Positions 29,760-40,440 of a stretch of DNA of 64,000 nt are shown piece by piece. Position numbers and translations under genes: made by a program. The DNA lies in IMG/VR virus record IMGVR_UViG_3300028654_000001, positions 62,001-126,000 of that record. The stretch is one strand, 5' to 3'. Positions within the stretch are counted from its first letter, which is position 1. Each line of letters starts with the position of its first letter. The notes beneath the pieces were generated by a model that searched no databases, was not told where the DNA came from, and was given only the letters and a program-made list of their open reading frames with translations.

Positions 29760-30233
29760 TTAGACATCAGAATCAAGGATCCTTTCAAATCGAGTCGGCC
29801 TCTCTATAGGCTCCTCAGCACCCCGAACCAGGTGAGCATGTTTCAGGTCCATGACCGGCTGTGCTAATGTAGTGTGATCATCACACAGAAATGGGCCCCC
29901 TTGAGGATTCCATTTGAGGATTCTAAGTTCCCCATTGATGTAAGGTGTCAGCTCTGAACCTTCTTGAACCATCCTATCGAAGTGCCTTCTGAACGCTCGA
30001 GAGAGCTCCTCAGCAGTGAACACTTCGGGGGCGGCCATCACGAGCCGAAACAACCCGATCCCAACCCTCCAGAAGGTCTGTCCCTTCTCAGGAACATGCA
30101 TCCTCGTAGCTATCTTTGCACATACATGACAGCGAGGTGCAAAGTGCCTCAAGAAATTGTTCAGATCTTCAGACATCAGGCCCAAGAATCCTTTCAAATC
30201 GAGTCGGCCTCTCCACTGGAGGCCCCTCCTCAA
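29760..30233 (-). CDS. Zn-binding protein with PTRFERIL tag
   Basis: PRCHVCAKIATR...LCDDH; ends ERPTRFERILDSDV. Confidence 0.75.
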   Translation of the reverse strand: MRRGLQWRGRLDLKGFLGLMSEDLNNFLRHFAPRCHVCAKIATRMHVPEKGQTFWRVGIGLFRLVMAAPEVFTAEELSRAFRRHFDRMVQEGSELTPYINGELRILKWNPQGGPFLCDDHTTLAQPVMDLKHAHLVRGAEEPIERPTRFERILDSDV

Positions 30234-30588
30234 CTCGAACCAAGTTGGCTATGGGAAGGTCTTGATACCCCACACTGGCAGGACTCTGATGCTTGTCACA
30301 ATAGTACCAACCTCTAATCCTGGGCCAGTCCAATGGGTAAACTTCAACGTCGGCACTACCACTTCGAACCAAGTCATTCTCGATCAAGGTTCTCAACCAT
30401 GTGCGCCCTAGGTCACCTGCAACCTCAATCGAGGTACTCTGAAACAGAAAACAGAAGTCCTCACACCTTGCTTCAAATAAAGTATGGAACCATGTGGAGA
30501 CTGTGATTCGAGTAGCAAGCTCTCCACAGAAACAACACCGGGGCCCAAACTTACTCAGAAGGTCGACAACATCAGACATGGCTCTCAA
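30169..30588 (-). CDS. Zn-binding protein with PTRFERIL tag, tandem paralog of 29760
   Basis: PRCCFCGELATR...YCDKH; ends ERPTRFERILGPDV. Confidence 0.75.
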   Translation of the reverse strand: MRAMSDVVDLLSKFGPRCCFCGELATRITVSTWFHTLFEARCEDFCFLFQSTSIEVAGDLGRTWLRTLIENDLVRSGSADVEVYPLDWPRIRGWYYCDKHQSPASVGYQDLPIANLVRVEEGPPVERPTRFERILGPDV

Positions 30589-30791
30589 ACCTTCTCTAAT
30601 TGAGGCCTTGGTAAGGCCTTGTCAGCGGTCAGACCTTTCTCGAGGTACATCCTGACGATGGCCCCTAGAGAAATCCGATCTCTTTTGAGTTGACTCATCT
30701 GACGCCTCACCTCTTCAAGGCCTTCCCACATATCATGGTCGAGGTGAACCACTACGTTCCCACCGTCTACCTTCTTCTTACCACGTTTCAT
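30585..30791 (-). CDS. RHH-like small regulator
   Basis: VVVHLDHDMW...SLGAIVRMYLEKGL. Confidence 0.55.
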   Translation of the reverse strand: MKRGKKKVDGGNVVVHLDHDMWEGLEEVRRQMSQLKRDRISLGAIVRMYLEKGLTADKALPRPQLEKV

Positions 30792-31051
30792 GGATGAGCT
30801 TCACCAGAGTCAGCCTTCTTACCCTTGGGCACTACGGCCACGAAGTAGTATGTAGTCCCTCCACGGCATTGAATCTTGTAACCATCAGCTTTGCCATCCC
30901 CGAGGTCATGAGGGCCGGCTCCATGAGCTTCGAAAACTTCTTTCGCAACCGATGACACCCGATCTTTTTGAATGGTCAGAGCAGCCTCCACTCGAGCCAA
31001 TCGATCCTTCTCAACTCGATACTTTGTGATCAATTCTTCCTTGCTAGCCAT
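30788..31051 (-). CDS. Hypothetical protein (MASKEEL...)
   Basis: GGTGTA 10 nt upstream of ATG 31051. Confidence 0.65.
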   Translation of the reverse strand: MASKEELITKYRVEKDRLARVEAALTIQKDRVSSVAKEVFEAHGAGPHDLGDGKADGYKIQCRGGTTYYFVAVVPKGKKADSGEAHP

Positions 31052-31470
31052 ACTTACTCCATACACCGATCCGATGCCTCGTACCCCATCAGTACCGTGT
31101 GAATCAGACATTGTAGTTCACTGTTCTAATTAGAGTATTGTGACTAATAGAACCTACCAACAATCAGTTGTGTGCAAAACCAGGGCAAAAGACGCGAAGC
31201 GGGTCTAATGCAACGGTCATGCCATTAATGGTTTTCCATTTTCGTAGAATAATTCTCTTAGCCGATCATACTATTGGTTTACGAGGGTCCGGTCCTCAAC
31301 TTGGCTCTTCGGCCGTTGTTTTGATGAAGGGGAGTTAGGGGTGATTGGGCTCTTCGGCCTGGTTTAGGAGAAGGTTGATTGGGGGTTAAACTGACTCTGT
31401 GACCTGATTAGTATTAGGGGGAGGGTTCCTGTTCTTGGTACTATTCCTTCCCCTGTCCCTTGGCTCTCTG

Positions 31471-31683
31471 TCACTCGTTCTGGAGGATGCGTTGGAACCT
31501 GGTCAGGGGTTGATTCGATTCCAGATGGGGGCAAGGGTCGTAGTTGATGTTACGGCTGTTGGTGAGGCGGAGGAGGCCTTGGAGACCTACCCAGACGCGT
31601 TCACCCTTATCGCAGAGGGTGATGTTCTGGTCTTGGAGGGTGGGTTTGTTGTTCCAGTGGCACTTGTCACATTCGGTGGGCAT
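31471..31683 (-). CDS. Small Cys-rich protein with TRFQRIL tag
   Basis: MPTECDKC...CDKGER; paralogous to the N-terminus of 42372..42836. Confidence 0.75.
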   Translation of the reverse strand: MPTECDKCHWNNKPTLQDQNITLCDKGERVWVGLQGLLRLTNSRNINYDPCPHLESNQPLTRFQRILQNE

Positions 31684-31702
31684 GGTTGTGGGTCTTTAGG
31701 TT

Positions 31703-31804
31703 TCAGATGACTGGGTCCCGTTCGAATCTTGATGGGCGGTCTTGGTCTATCTCTTCCTCTAGGGGGAGTTGGTCAGGCACTGAGACAGTGTGGGGTAGGT
31801 TCAC
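31703..31804 (-). CDS. 33-aa peptide ending DRPSRFERDPVI (not in ORF track)
   Basis: Manual translation from GTG 31804; carries the RFERxxVI tag. Confidence 0.5.
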   Translation of the reverse strand: MNLPHTVSVPDQLPLEEEIDQDRPSRFERDPVI

Positions 31805-32415
31805 GAGCTAGGGGGTCACGACCTTTGACAATGAAGACTTGGTCGCTATCTTCTATTTCGAGGGTGGGCATACGGGGTCAGGTTTCAAGCAACCCAAGTT
31901 GAAGTTCTCTGGGTAGTCTTTGTAGAGTTGTTCCCATTCCTGGTGATGGCCGCAGGCAGGGGTACAGCGTTTGATGTTTTGAATTGGGTGTTTGGCACAT
32001 CGGGGGCAGGTGACATAGTTATGAAGCCAATCTGGGTTGGATTTGAAGGCCCACTTCGTGTAGGCATACCGGAGCTTTGGGAAGCGGCCAAGGGGCATCC
32101 AGACGAGGACATAGAAGGTGATGCAGCACCAAGGGAAGCCAGAGCATCGGCCGTGTCGGATGTCTAGGGAGAGCATCCTCAGCGTGTAGGGGATTGGCTT
32201 CATAGGCTTGACATCTTGTTCTTTCTTGTAGGCCCGGGGGCACAGAAGACGTAGACGACCATCATTATTACTTGGGTCTTCCAGGTGTAGTTCCCGAGGG
32301 GTAGTATTACGGTAAGCGACTCCAATAGTCCGAAGGCGAGGGTACCGATCCAGAACTTTCGATTCCTTTTGAGTTCTTGGAGTATGTGTAGGTACGGGTT
32401 CAAGTGATAGTTTTC

Positions 32416-32451
32416 GTTTCAATGAACGGGAAGATCCTATGCGCTTCCCAG
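32416..32451 (-). CRISPR. Solitary CRISPR repeat (type D), copy 1
   Basis: CTGGGAAGCGCATAGGATCTTCCCGTTCATTGAAAC: hairpin plus the array 3' end. Confidence 0.85.
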
Positions 32452-33345
32452 TGATTTAGTTAGTCAATTGAGAGTCAATGAGGTTCTTTCCACAGTTGGG
32501 GCATTTGGGGTGGGCTGTATTGGAGCAGCTCTGGCGGGTATGCACGGGGTCAGACCTTCTATCGTAGGTGGGAGAGCAGCATCCAGGAGAGCGCGAGGGC
32601 AAGGGTGAGGGTAACTGACCAGGTGAGGTAGTGGGGGCGTCTACAGTCCACCCAGAAGCCTTTGCAGGTGTACCCGAGGGACAGGTCTCCGGTTCCGACC
32701 CGGTGGGCACCACAGAGGGTCTTACCACATTGGACACAGGGGAGTGTTCCATCCGTGGAGCCGCAGACGGCACACGGTTTAGACTTCAAGGGGTGACCAT
32801 TGGTTTGGATAGGTTTAGAAACTCTTCTCGGGTGGGTTCGATCTTGATGACGGTTTCCATCGATTTCTGGAAGCCACCTCTATACTGTCGTAGTTTCATT
32901 GGGTGTCCTTTTGCTAGCAGAACTGGGAAAGGCACGGTTTGATACCGAGCTCTTTGTGAAGGCGGACGGGGACACCTGTTCCATCGCATCCGGGGCAGGT
33001 CTTGGAGCCACCATCTGGGGGTGAAGACGTATTCGTTGGTAGTCAGGTCACGGGAGAAGGAGCCCGTGGGGACAGATCCAAGGCAGTCATCGCAGAGTGG
33101 GCATTCAGGGTGTGGCATCAGGGTGAGCGATTCAGGTGCAAGCTGTTGTAGGAGCCGTCTGGGTTGACCGTCCATCGAGCTCCATGTTTACCGAGGTGAG
33201 GGCCTTCATGGCCTCTTGGTAGGTCGCACGGATCCATGTAGTGGACTTCCATGCATCTCGGGTGGTGCTGACAGCATATGAGGCAGAAGCCTGTATCATA
33301 CTCGTCTCGGCATTCCAGTTCTGGGTGGACAGGGCACTTCATGAT

Positions 33346-34143
33346 TTAGGCCAATCTGACAGCGAGAGAGGAGGATCCATCGGTGTCTTGTTGATCCCCG
33401 AACTGTTCTAGCTCTACTGATCCTTTGGGGACCTTGGGCTTATAGGTTCTGGGGGTGAGGGACTTTCGGAAGTGTCCTTCCTTTTTGTCCAGGTAGATCA
33501 GGGTATCGTCTCCTTGGGAGCAGACCAGCAGGTCATATTTGAGGGCTAGTTGGGCGATGGTTTTGGCATCGACGTCGATGGCTTGGCCGTCCATCCAACC
33601 CTCTTTGGCTAAGTCTTTGTCGATGTCGGTGGACTTTTTCCAGTTGATGATTCGGAAGACGGGTTGTTTTTTCGGTGTAGGGGCTGCCTTGATGATTTCG
33701 ACGGGTTTTTGAGGTAGTGGCACGGTATAGCTTGGGGTATCATCCATTGGGTTAACCTCATCGAGCAGGTCATCTGGTTCATCAGCGATGGCATTTGAGG
33801 AAGCGAGCCAGAGGTTGGGGTCCCAGGGGAAGTCACCGTTGAGGTGGCCGATCCATTCCTCTTTGGTGGCCATGCGCCATTGGCCCCTGAGTTCTTCCCC
33901 AGTGGAAGACTTGATTAGTTTCCCTCTCCAGATGTAGACGCCCTGGACGAGCGTACTGAGGTCTTTATCGAGGGAGGTATCGAGGGTACCGAGATCTTCT
34001 AAGTAATCTAGGGCAGGGCCAATATGGTCAAGGACGAGGCATCTTTGGTCTTGGACTACAACGAGGGCACGGTCTTTTGGGCAGGTGCCTTCTGGTTTGT
34101 AGACTCCACCTCTACTTTGTTCTACGCTTTGGATGGGAGTCAT
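33346..34143 (-). CDS. Hypothetical protein (MTPIQSVE...)
   Basis: The ORF-track start (TTG 34230) lies inside the solitary repeat; next ATG used. Confidence 0.65.
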   Translation of the reverse strand: MTPIQSVEQSRGGVYKPEGTCPKDRALVVVQDQRCLVLDHIGPALDYLEDLGTLDTSLDKDLSTLVQGVYIWRGKLIKSSTGEELRGQWRMATKEEWIGHLNGDFPWDPNLWLASSNAIADEPDDLLDEVNPMDDTPSYTVPLPQKPVEIIKAAPTPKKQPVFRIINWKKSTDIDKDLAKEGWMDGQAIDVDAKTIAQLALKYDLLVCSQGDDTLIYLDKKEGHFRKSLTPRTYKPKVPKGSVELEQFGDQQDTDGSSSLAVRLA

Positions 34144-34223
34144 AGGCTGATTCCGAGTTCCTGATGTAAGCGGACTAGGCACTTCATGATTTTCATGCCA
34201 ATTGGACAGCGAGGGCAGGGCCT

Positions 34224-34259
34224 GTTTCAATGAACGGGAAGGTCCTATGCGCTTCCCAG
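34224..34259 (-). CRISPR. Solitary CRISPR repeat (type D), copy 2
   Basis: 35/36 identical to 32416-32451. Confidence 0.85.
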
Positions 34260-34501
34260 TAATTTATCAATACTGGATAGACACTTATGAGTCAATGAGG
34301 TTATTCTCGGTGTACTTGCTTAGGTGTCCTACCGATATGCCAAGTCCTACATGGTTTTCATCAATGCTCTTCGTGAATGTTTGGGTTTAGGGCCAATTCC
34401 AGGTACAAAGGTTGAGGTAGAGGATCTCGAGTGGGACGCTTGGCCAGGGGGTGTTTGAGTGATTTTGGTGAGAACCCAAAAGATGGTATGTATCATTAGG
34501 C

Positions 34502-34768
34502 ATGGACATCCCAAACTTCGATGCAATGACTCCAGATGAGCTACGGGCCTTTTGGTCAAAGTGGCATGTGACCACCAAGAGGAATGCTGTTGAATTCACA
34601 GGTGACCGAGTGGATGCTCGTCAGATAATGGAGACTTTGGCTTGTTATGCCATCAACAAGTCTTGTGCCATGCGGCTTCGACTTGAGGGCAGGATAGCGA
34701 CCGCCTCTGGGTACGAGGCTGACTGTGAGCTTGCCTACAATCGACTTCCTGTCGACGTCCGGTGGTAG
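34502..34768 (+). CDS. Hypothetical protein, lone plus-strand gene
   Basis: Class-1 promoter 34468-34496, ATG 5 nt later. Confidence 0.7.
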   Translation: MDIPNFDAMTPDELRAFWSKWHVTTKRNAVEFTGDRVDARQIMETLACYAINKSCAMRLRLEGRIATASGYEADCELAYNRLPVDVRW

Positions 34769-35530
34769 TCAGTCTTCATCCTCGATGGAGTCAGGTTCGA
34801 AGGTAGCTGGATCGATGTCACTATCGGCCAGGGACTCGAGCTCCTCGAATAGTTCATCGCTGAGTACTTTGCGGGCGAAGCCTTTGAAGCGTTTGAGCTT
34901 AATTTCATAGGATGTGTTGTCTTGGTCGGCTTCTTGTCTACGGAGTTGACCGAGGGTGACTTGGATACCTTGGGACTCTTGTTTGAGGGCTTCAACTTGA
35001 GCTTCTAGCTTTCGATAGGCCAATGGGTCCATGTACTTATGGTACTTGATCACATCGGCTTTGGCCTTACCTAGTTTAAGTTTGGCTGAACGGAGGGCTT
35101 CATCCACCTCATGCTTGTGGAGCATCAATCGAGCCCGGTCACGTTCTAGTGGGTCATTGGCGTGTTTGAGGAGGGTAGCTTGTTGGGCCTCTTTGAGCTT
35201 CTGGTTTTGGGCCCGTTCTTGTTTCTCCTCCCTCATCTTACGACCTATTGATTGAGTCCAACGACCGGTTCCAACCTCTAGGGAGACACGGACAGTCAAG
35301 CCTGCGATACCCAGGGCTTGGGAAACGGCATCCTTTTCGAAGGGAGATCTGAGCTTTGGTAGTTGGAAATCCGATCCTTTGTGGGCATGAACGAGCATTG
35401 CTGTAGGGCGATTAGCGAACAAGACGATACGAACTGGGTTCTCTTCAGTGGGCATGTATCTGACTTTCTCTGTTAACCCGTCCCAATCTGGACGGGTTTG
35501 TTCTTTGGGGTTGTGCGTTTTATACCTCAC
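34769..35530 (-). CDS. Coiled-coil hypothetical protein
   Basis: 253-aa ORF. Confidence 0.7.
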   Translation of the reverse strand: MRYKTHNPKEQTRPDWDGLTEKVRYMPTEENPVRIVLFANRPTAMLVHAHKGSDFQLPKLRSPFEKDAVSQALGIAGLTVRVSLEVGTGRWTQSIGRKMREEKQERAQNQKLKEAQQATLLKHANDPLERDRARLMLHKHEVDEALRSAKLKLGKAKADVIKYHKYMDPLAYRKLEAQVEALKQESQGIQVTLGQLRRQEADQDNTSYEIKLKRFKGFARKVLSDELFEELESLADSDIDPATFEPDSIEDED

Positions 35531-36230
35531 TCATCCATAGTTGGTCCAATCGTTGGATCTCCTTACGGATGAGGGTGATGTTCTCATCGATGTTGGTCTT
35601 GAGATACTTGAGTTGGATTGTCCTACGTCTCTCCCACCAAGAGTCTACCTCGTCGGGGTTCTTTGGCTTCTGACCCAAAGACTTGACTTCTTCGATCAGT
35701 TCTTTGAGGGACTCTTCTTTGAAGAGTAGGGTTTCCGAAGCCGACAGGATCCGGTGGTCCACAGCTGTGGGACCTATCCTCAGACCCCACTCGTCGACGG
35801 CCCAATGGCGTTGATCCTTGTCAAGGGAGGCCTCTTGCTCCTCTGTGACCACCAGGACCGGTGTTTCGAAGGGTTCACAATCATAGTTGTAATAGGGCGT
35901 GGGCTGAGGGAATGTGACTACCACTTTGTAGTCACCATCAGTCTCGTCTGTCTTCATCTCAGTGAGACGGTCACCAACCTTAATGGCCATCCATCGAATG
36001 ACACTGTAGAGGTAGTCCCGTTCGAACCCACCCATTCCTGACTGATAGTCGAACCCGATCGAGGTTGGGCAACCAAAGACCTCATCAGTTAGGAGCCCGC
36101 TCGATCCACGCCACTTGTCGGGTTCCTTGCAGATGATCACTGGCCACCGGCGGTAGTTCTGCTCTATGAACTTGAAGAACTTGACTCTGAGCTTTTGGGA
36201 CTTGATGGGAATGGATATAGTGTAGCCCAT
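35520..36230 (-). CDS. Hypothetical protein
   Basis: 236-aa ORF in operon. Confidence 0.7.
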   Translation of the reverse strand: MGYTISIPIKSQKLRVKFFKFIEQNYRRWPVIICKEPDKWRGSSGLLTDEVFGCPTSIGFDYQSGMGGFERDYLYSVIRWMAIKVGDRLTEMKTDETDGDYKVVVTFPQPTPYYNYDCEPFETPVLVVTEEQEASLDKDQRHWAVDEWGLRIGPTAVDHRILSASETLLFKEESLKELIEEVKSLGQKPKNPDEVDSWWERRRTIQLKYLKTNIDENITLIRKEIQRLDQLWMSEV

Positions 36231-36668
36231 GATGTGATTACCGCTTCAAGAGGAGTCGAGCCAAGTCTGAGAGTGAGATACTGAGTTTTTTGGCTTCGTC
36301 TTCGAGTTCTTGTCGTTGCTGGTGTAATTCTGACTACGAGGGTGTAGTTCCGAGCTTCACCATCGGGGAGGAAGGGGCGCCCTCGATGCTTCGTTCTTGG
36401 CTTGGGTGCTGGGGTCATCGAGCTTCTTTGAGTTCTTTGATCTTGGTGACGACGTTAGTATAGCGTCGTTGTAGCTCTAACATGTCATTCCAGGCGTCTT
36501 GATTGGCTTGTTCGTTACCGAGGTCATCGAGGGATTGAAGGGCAGCGATACCTGCGTGGAGTTCGTCTCTATACTGTCTCAGGGCATGTAGGTCTTCACT
36601 GGTTGGGACTTCGAGTTTGAGGGCACGTTGACCGTCACCGAGTCTTCGAGTGGTGACTGAGGAGTACT

Positions 36669-37205
36669 TCATGTAGGTAACTTGAGGGTCTGTAAGAGTT
36701 CTCTGAGACGGTTTGCTGATAGATGACCGATATGTAGATCGAACACTGGTACAGGGTAACTGGATACTCGTCTGATGTATTTTCTGAACTCTGGGAACTC
36801 ATTACAGAGGTCAGCTTCGATCTGTATCGCTTCGGAAACACACTGTATTTTAGCGGCCTTCTGTTCGTGCATCTTTTTGGCCCCTTGATTCTGTAGCAGA
36901 ATCTCATCGTAGAGATCCTCGGTGAAGGTGGGGCTTAATTCACTCAGGAGGGATCCACGGTACAGTACTTCGTAGGGTTCCACTGTGATGGTAGAGATAT
37001 TAGCAAGGAGGGTGCCTTTGGAGGAGGAATCTTCTCCTAATGAGACAGCTACATAGTTTTCTGAGCACTCTTCGATGACCAGGAGGACTCGATAATAGTC
37101 TTCGGAGATAGCTGACTTGATGCCAGCCTCTGTGAACCTTGGTTGGAGGGCAGTTAGAATACTACGGGCTCGAGTGTCTAGTTCAGGGTTGCTGTACTTG
37201 GTCAT
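36669..37205 (-). CDS. Hypothetical protein
   Basis: 178-aa ORF. Confidence 0.65.
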   Translation of the reverse strand: MTKYSNPELDTRARSILTALQPRFTEAGIKSAISEDYYRVLLVIEECSENYVAVSLGEDSSSKGTLLANISTITVEPYEVLYRGSLLSELSPTFTEDLYDEILLQNQGAKKMHEQKAAKIQCVSEAIQIEADLCNEFPEFRKYIRRVSSYPVPVFDLHIGHLSANRLRELLQTLKLPT

Positions 37206-37212
37206 AGGTTAG

Positions 37213-37689
37213 TTAGTTCCCGAAAGCTTCTGAGACGAGCTTTTGAATCCCTTTGAGGGCTTTGGCTTGGTTCTTGTCAAGGAAGCTCAGGCTAGGGAGG
37301 TCAGGACAGGTGGCAACAAACTCCTGATCCTCATCAGACCAAGCGATCTGATAGGACAAGTGTTCTGGGTTTAGGGGTTTGGTTTCCTGATCTTCTTCCT
37401 TGATTGGGACGATAGGGGCCGGTGGGTAGTCTCGGTCACTCCCATGGGCGATCTCCCCGAAGGTGGGTCGATGGGCGATTTGTTCTCTTCGGCACCAGTC
37501 GGTCTTAGAAGGGACATCTTTGGGGTCACCACGGGAGGCACAGGTTGGGCAGCAAGCGACCTGCTGACCCCCTCTACGGCTCGGGAGAGAGGTCCACCAA
37601 GGGGTTCGGTCTCGACAGAAGCAACACTTCTCGAGATCGGTGTTCCGAGTCAGCTCGTCATCTTTTTCTTGGTGGATAGGGATTGGCAT
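37213..37689 (-). CDS. Zn-finger fused to HicB-like antitoxin domain
   Basis: CCFC...CCPTC; C-terminal YQIAWSDEDQEFVATCPDLPSLSFLD..QAKAL. Confidence 0.65.
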   Translation of the reverse strand: MPIPIHQEKDDELTRNTDLEKCCFCRDRTPWWTSLPSRRGGQQVACCPTCASRGDPKDVPSKTDWCRREQIAHRPTFGEIAHGSDRDYPPAPIVPIKEEDQETKPLNPEHLSYQIAWSDEDQEFVATCPDLPSLSFLDKNQAKALKGIQKLVSEAFGN

Positions 37690-37950
37690 GGGACCTTATC
37701 TCCGATCGGCAGTCTCTGGCAGTTGTTGCTCCTGAAGGCTTCGATCTCGTCACTCGATAGCTCAACGATATCGAGTAGTGATCCCTCATTGGGGTCTACG
37801 TGGACAAGTACACCTCCCGTGAAGGCATACTCTTCTCGTATGGGCTCACCTTTGGCCTCTACGCGGTCAAGGCAGTCACAGACGACTTCTAACGCTCTCA
37901 CGAAGACACGGGCTTCATTCTCGGTCAGTTCTAGTGTCGGCATAGAGGCC

Positions 37951-38397
37951 CTATTTTACTTCCAGAGCTGGTGACTGACCTACCTTGAGCCACTTCTTGG
38001 AGTTTGAACGGACTTTGATCTTCTTTGAGTAGGCGAGGATCCTTTTAGCAAGGCCATCGAGGTTGTGGGTGTAGTCTTTCATAGCCAGAGTGAGAGCTTT
38101 TTGAGGGTTATGAGAGCTTCCCTTACCGGTCAGATGTTCGTAGGGGTCACCCCCGTCCGGTAGATCCCCGACACTGGCATAATACTCGGCTATGTACCCA
38201 TCAAGGATGTAGGCATCGGTTGGGTACTTGGTGTTCCGTTTTAGTTTGACCCACTCGAGGTCGACGTAGATGAACAGGTCATCGTGAGGTGGATCTACAG
38301 GTTCATAGTCCTCATCCTCACTCCAAGAGAACCTAACGCCTTGGAACTTGAAGTCTGGTGGGATAAAGATTTCTTCTTCGGTCTTGGTGTTTGTCAT
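37951..38397 (-). CDS. Hypothetical protein
   Basis: 148-aa ORF. Confidence 0.65.
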   Translation of the reverse strand: MTNTKTEEEIFIPPDFKFQGVRFSWSEDEDYEPVDPPHDDLFIYVDLEWVKLKRNTKYPTDAYILDGYIAEYYASVGDLPDGGDPYEHLTGKGSSHNPQKALTLAMKDYTHNLDGLAKRILAYSKKIKVRSNSKKWLKVGQSPALEVK

Positions 38398-39153
38398 GAA
38401 CCTCAGTTTGACTTTCCAATCAGATTGGATAGTGGGTAGTCATTGGGGTACCTTACCGTAACGGGCACCTTTTCGACTCCGAAGGTGAGTTGGCCTCTCT
38501 TGTTTTTGCCCAGACGGAGCATGATACCGTTCACTGGTCTATTCGCGTACTGGGAGAGAGCAGCTTCTAACTGCTTCTCATTCGGGAGAGGATCAGTTTC
38601 ACTCAAGCCTAAGAGGCCTTTGATGGCAGCTTCTAGAGGGTTGTGCTTCTTAGTACGGTAGGTATGTTTGAACTTCATTGAGAACTCTCTTTCAAACACT
38701 ACTACGTTTGAGAGGCTAGGATCTCAACTAATTATTTGAATTCTTCTTATGTTCGGCGTCGAGGTGGGCAAGTCTCTCGAAGTCGATCTCTGAGCCTTTG
38801 AGTTCATCGAGAGAGAAGCTGATGGGCTCGCTGTTCGATTGGATGACTCTTCCGTCGTCAGTTGATTCGGTGTTACAGTCGAAGCATAGGATTCGATGGA
38901 GTTCGGCCACGGGTGGGTGTGCACAATTGTTCCTTCGGGCTTCGGCCTCAAGGCATCCTTTTGGATCGGACTCACCGAGGAGCAATTTTCTTGGCTTCAG
39001 AATGGCTGGCAAGGGAAGGCGGTTACCGTCTCGGTCGATTGCACCTGGACCATCGAGGCTATCCCCATCCCCTTCTGGTTCGATGTCTCCGGTCTCTGGG
39101 TAGCATACTTTGCATCGAGTGAGGGCTAGATCATGGCGGCAACTCATTGGGGA

Positions 39154-39936
39154 TCAATCCTTGTCTTCTTCGAACAGGTGTTCAAATCTTGTGGGTCTTG
39201 GGCCATCGTACGGTTCGACTTCTTTTTGGAGTTCGCGAGCGGTGGCTTGGTTTCGTTCTGGGGTGGGCTCTCCGGTGTCTTCGTCGGTAGCTTCATAGTT
39301 GGGGGACATAAAGCTATAGAGTTCGATGAGGTTCTCTCTGAGGGCCATCAGAGGGATGCTGAAGCGTTCACCCTCAGGGTAGCATTGGATGAGGTTTTCG
39401 ATTAATCTGGCTTGTCTTCTGGCATTTAGTAACGAGTCCTGGTTGACTATCAATCGTCGAATCTGTTGGGTTGTGGGTTCTACATACGATTGAGCTATTC
39501 GCAGTCGGCCCTCTGGTGTTAGTGCTGAGTGATTGACGAGATCCAAGACTGAGGGGATGGGCTCAGAGACTTGACTACTGAGGAACCAATCGAGGAACTT
39601 CTTCGAGGGTGACGGGTAATGCTCTTTGATGTACCTGATAGCTCCTCTGAAGTCGTGGCTCCCGGGGACGCTGAACTCATCGCAGAGGAGGTTCAAGAGC
39701 TCGTGATAGGTCGGCAGGGGCGGTTCCTGACCTGGTTCCGGTCTTGGGCTGGAGACGATATCGATGTCGATGGGCATGGGTAAATCCCTAAGTCGATTCC
39801 GTTTGAGCTCCTTCTGAAGGCCATCAATCCGGATGTTAGTTTGAATCCATCCAATCATGAAGAACACCGCGAGAACCAAGCGGTATTCCGTAACCAAGTT
39901 AGCGAGCTCTTTAGCGAGGGCTATCATATCAGTCAT
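39154..39936 (-). CDS. Four-member paralog family protein with N-terminal TM segment and PTRFEH tag
   Basis: KKFLDWF...TPEGRLRIA...PEGERFS; ends GPRPTRFEHLFEEDKD. Confidence 0.75.
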   Translation of the reverse strand: MTDMIALAKELANLVTEYRLVLAVFFMIGWIQTNIRIDGLQKELKRNRLRDLPMPIDIDIVSSPRPEPGQEPPLPTYHELLNLLCDEFSVPGSHDFRGAIRYIKEHYPSPSKKFLDWFLSSQVSEPIPSVLDLVNHSALTPEGRLRIAQSYVEPTTQQIRRLIVNQDSLLNARRQARLIENLIQCYPEGERFSIPLMALRENLIELYSFMSPNYEATDEDTGEPTPERNQATARELQKEVEPYDGPRPTRFEHLFEEDKD

Positions 39937-40440
39937 TCAATCCTCGTCGAGGATCCTTTCAAACCTAGTTTTTACCAATGGTTCTGGTAACCTACCCCTG
40001 AACTTACGGACTAAGGGTGCAACCTCGAGGTCTTGATATCTCCAATTGGGGTCTCCGCAGTAGTCACAATAGCAGGGCAGTGGGTCTTTCCAACTACTAT
40101 AGGGCTCTTTACGACTCTCAATCAAGGACTCAGTCAAGTCTCTGACTCCGGCGATAGCCTCCAGGTTGATTTCTTGAATCAGGTTGGTGAGCTCCTCTGA
40201 CTGGGATAGCTCAGCTAGCCACTCTCTACACTTATCTTGGATTTCATGTCGGACTGTTCGAGTTGAAGCTCCATCTTCCCCTACCACGCACTCTGTTTCT
40301 AGAGAGCCGAATCGGAGGGTTGTTGTCTTGTAGCCCTCTTGAGGTCGGATTTTTCTCCTGGTGGCCAAGCTGTAACACGCGACACATCTCTGGCCGTACT
40401 TTAGAAGCAACCTGATTGTAGCTCCAGAGGGCATAGTCAA
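39937..40440 (-). CDS. Zn-binding protein with TRFERIL tag (29760/30169 family)
   Basis: QRCVACYSLATR...YCDYC...YQDL; ends KTRFERILDED. Confidence 0.75.
   Translation of the reverse strand: MTMPSGATIRLLLKYGQRCVACYSLATRRKIRPQEGYKTTTLRFGSLETECVVGEDGASTRTVRHEIQDKCREWLAELSQSEELTNLIQEINLEAIAGVRDLTESLIESRKEPYSSWKDPLPCYCDYCGDPNWRYQDLEVAPLVRKFRGRLPEPLVKTRFERILDED

Noticed and set aside
31703-31871. TAG read-through or alternative genetic code
   Set aside because: Long genes (814, 799, 553 aa) are intact in the standard code and many genes end cleanly at TAG
31853-34230. ORF-track starts at 32422 and 34230
   Set aside because: Both are the TTG inside the solitary repeat's ATTGAAAC end; true starts are downstream
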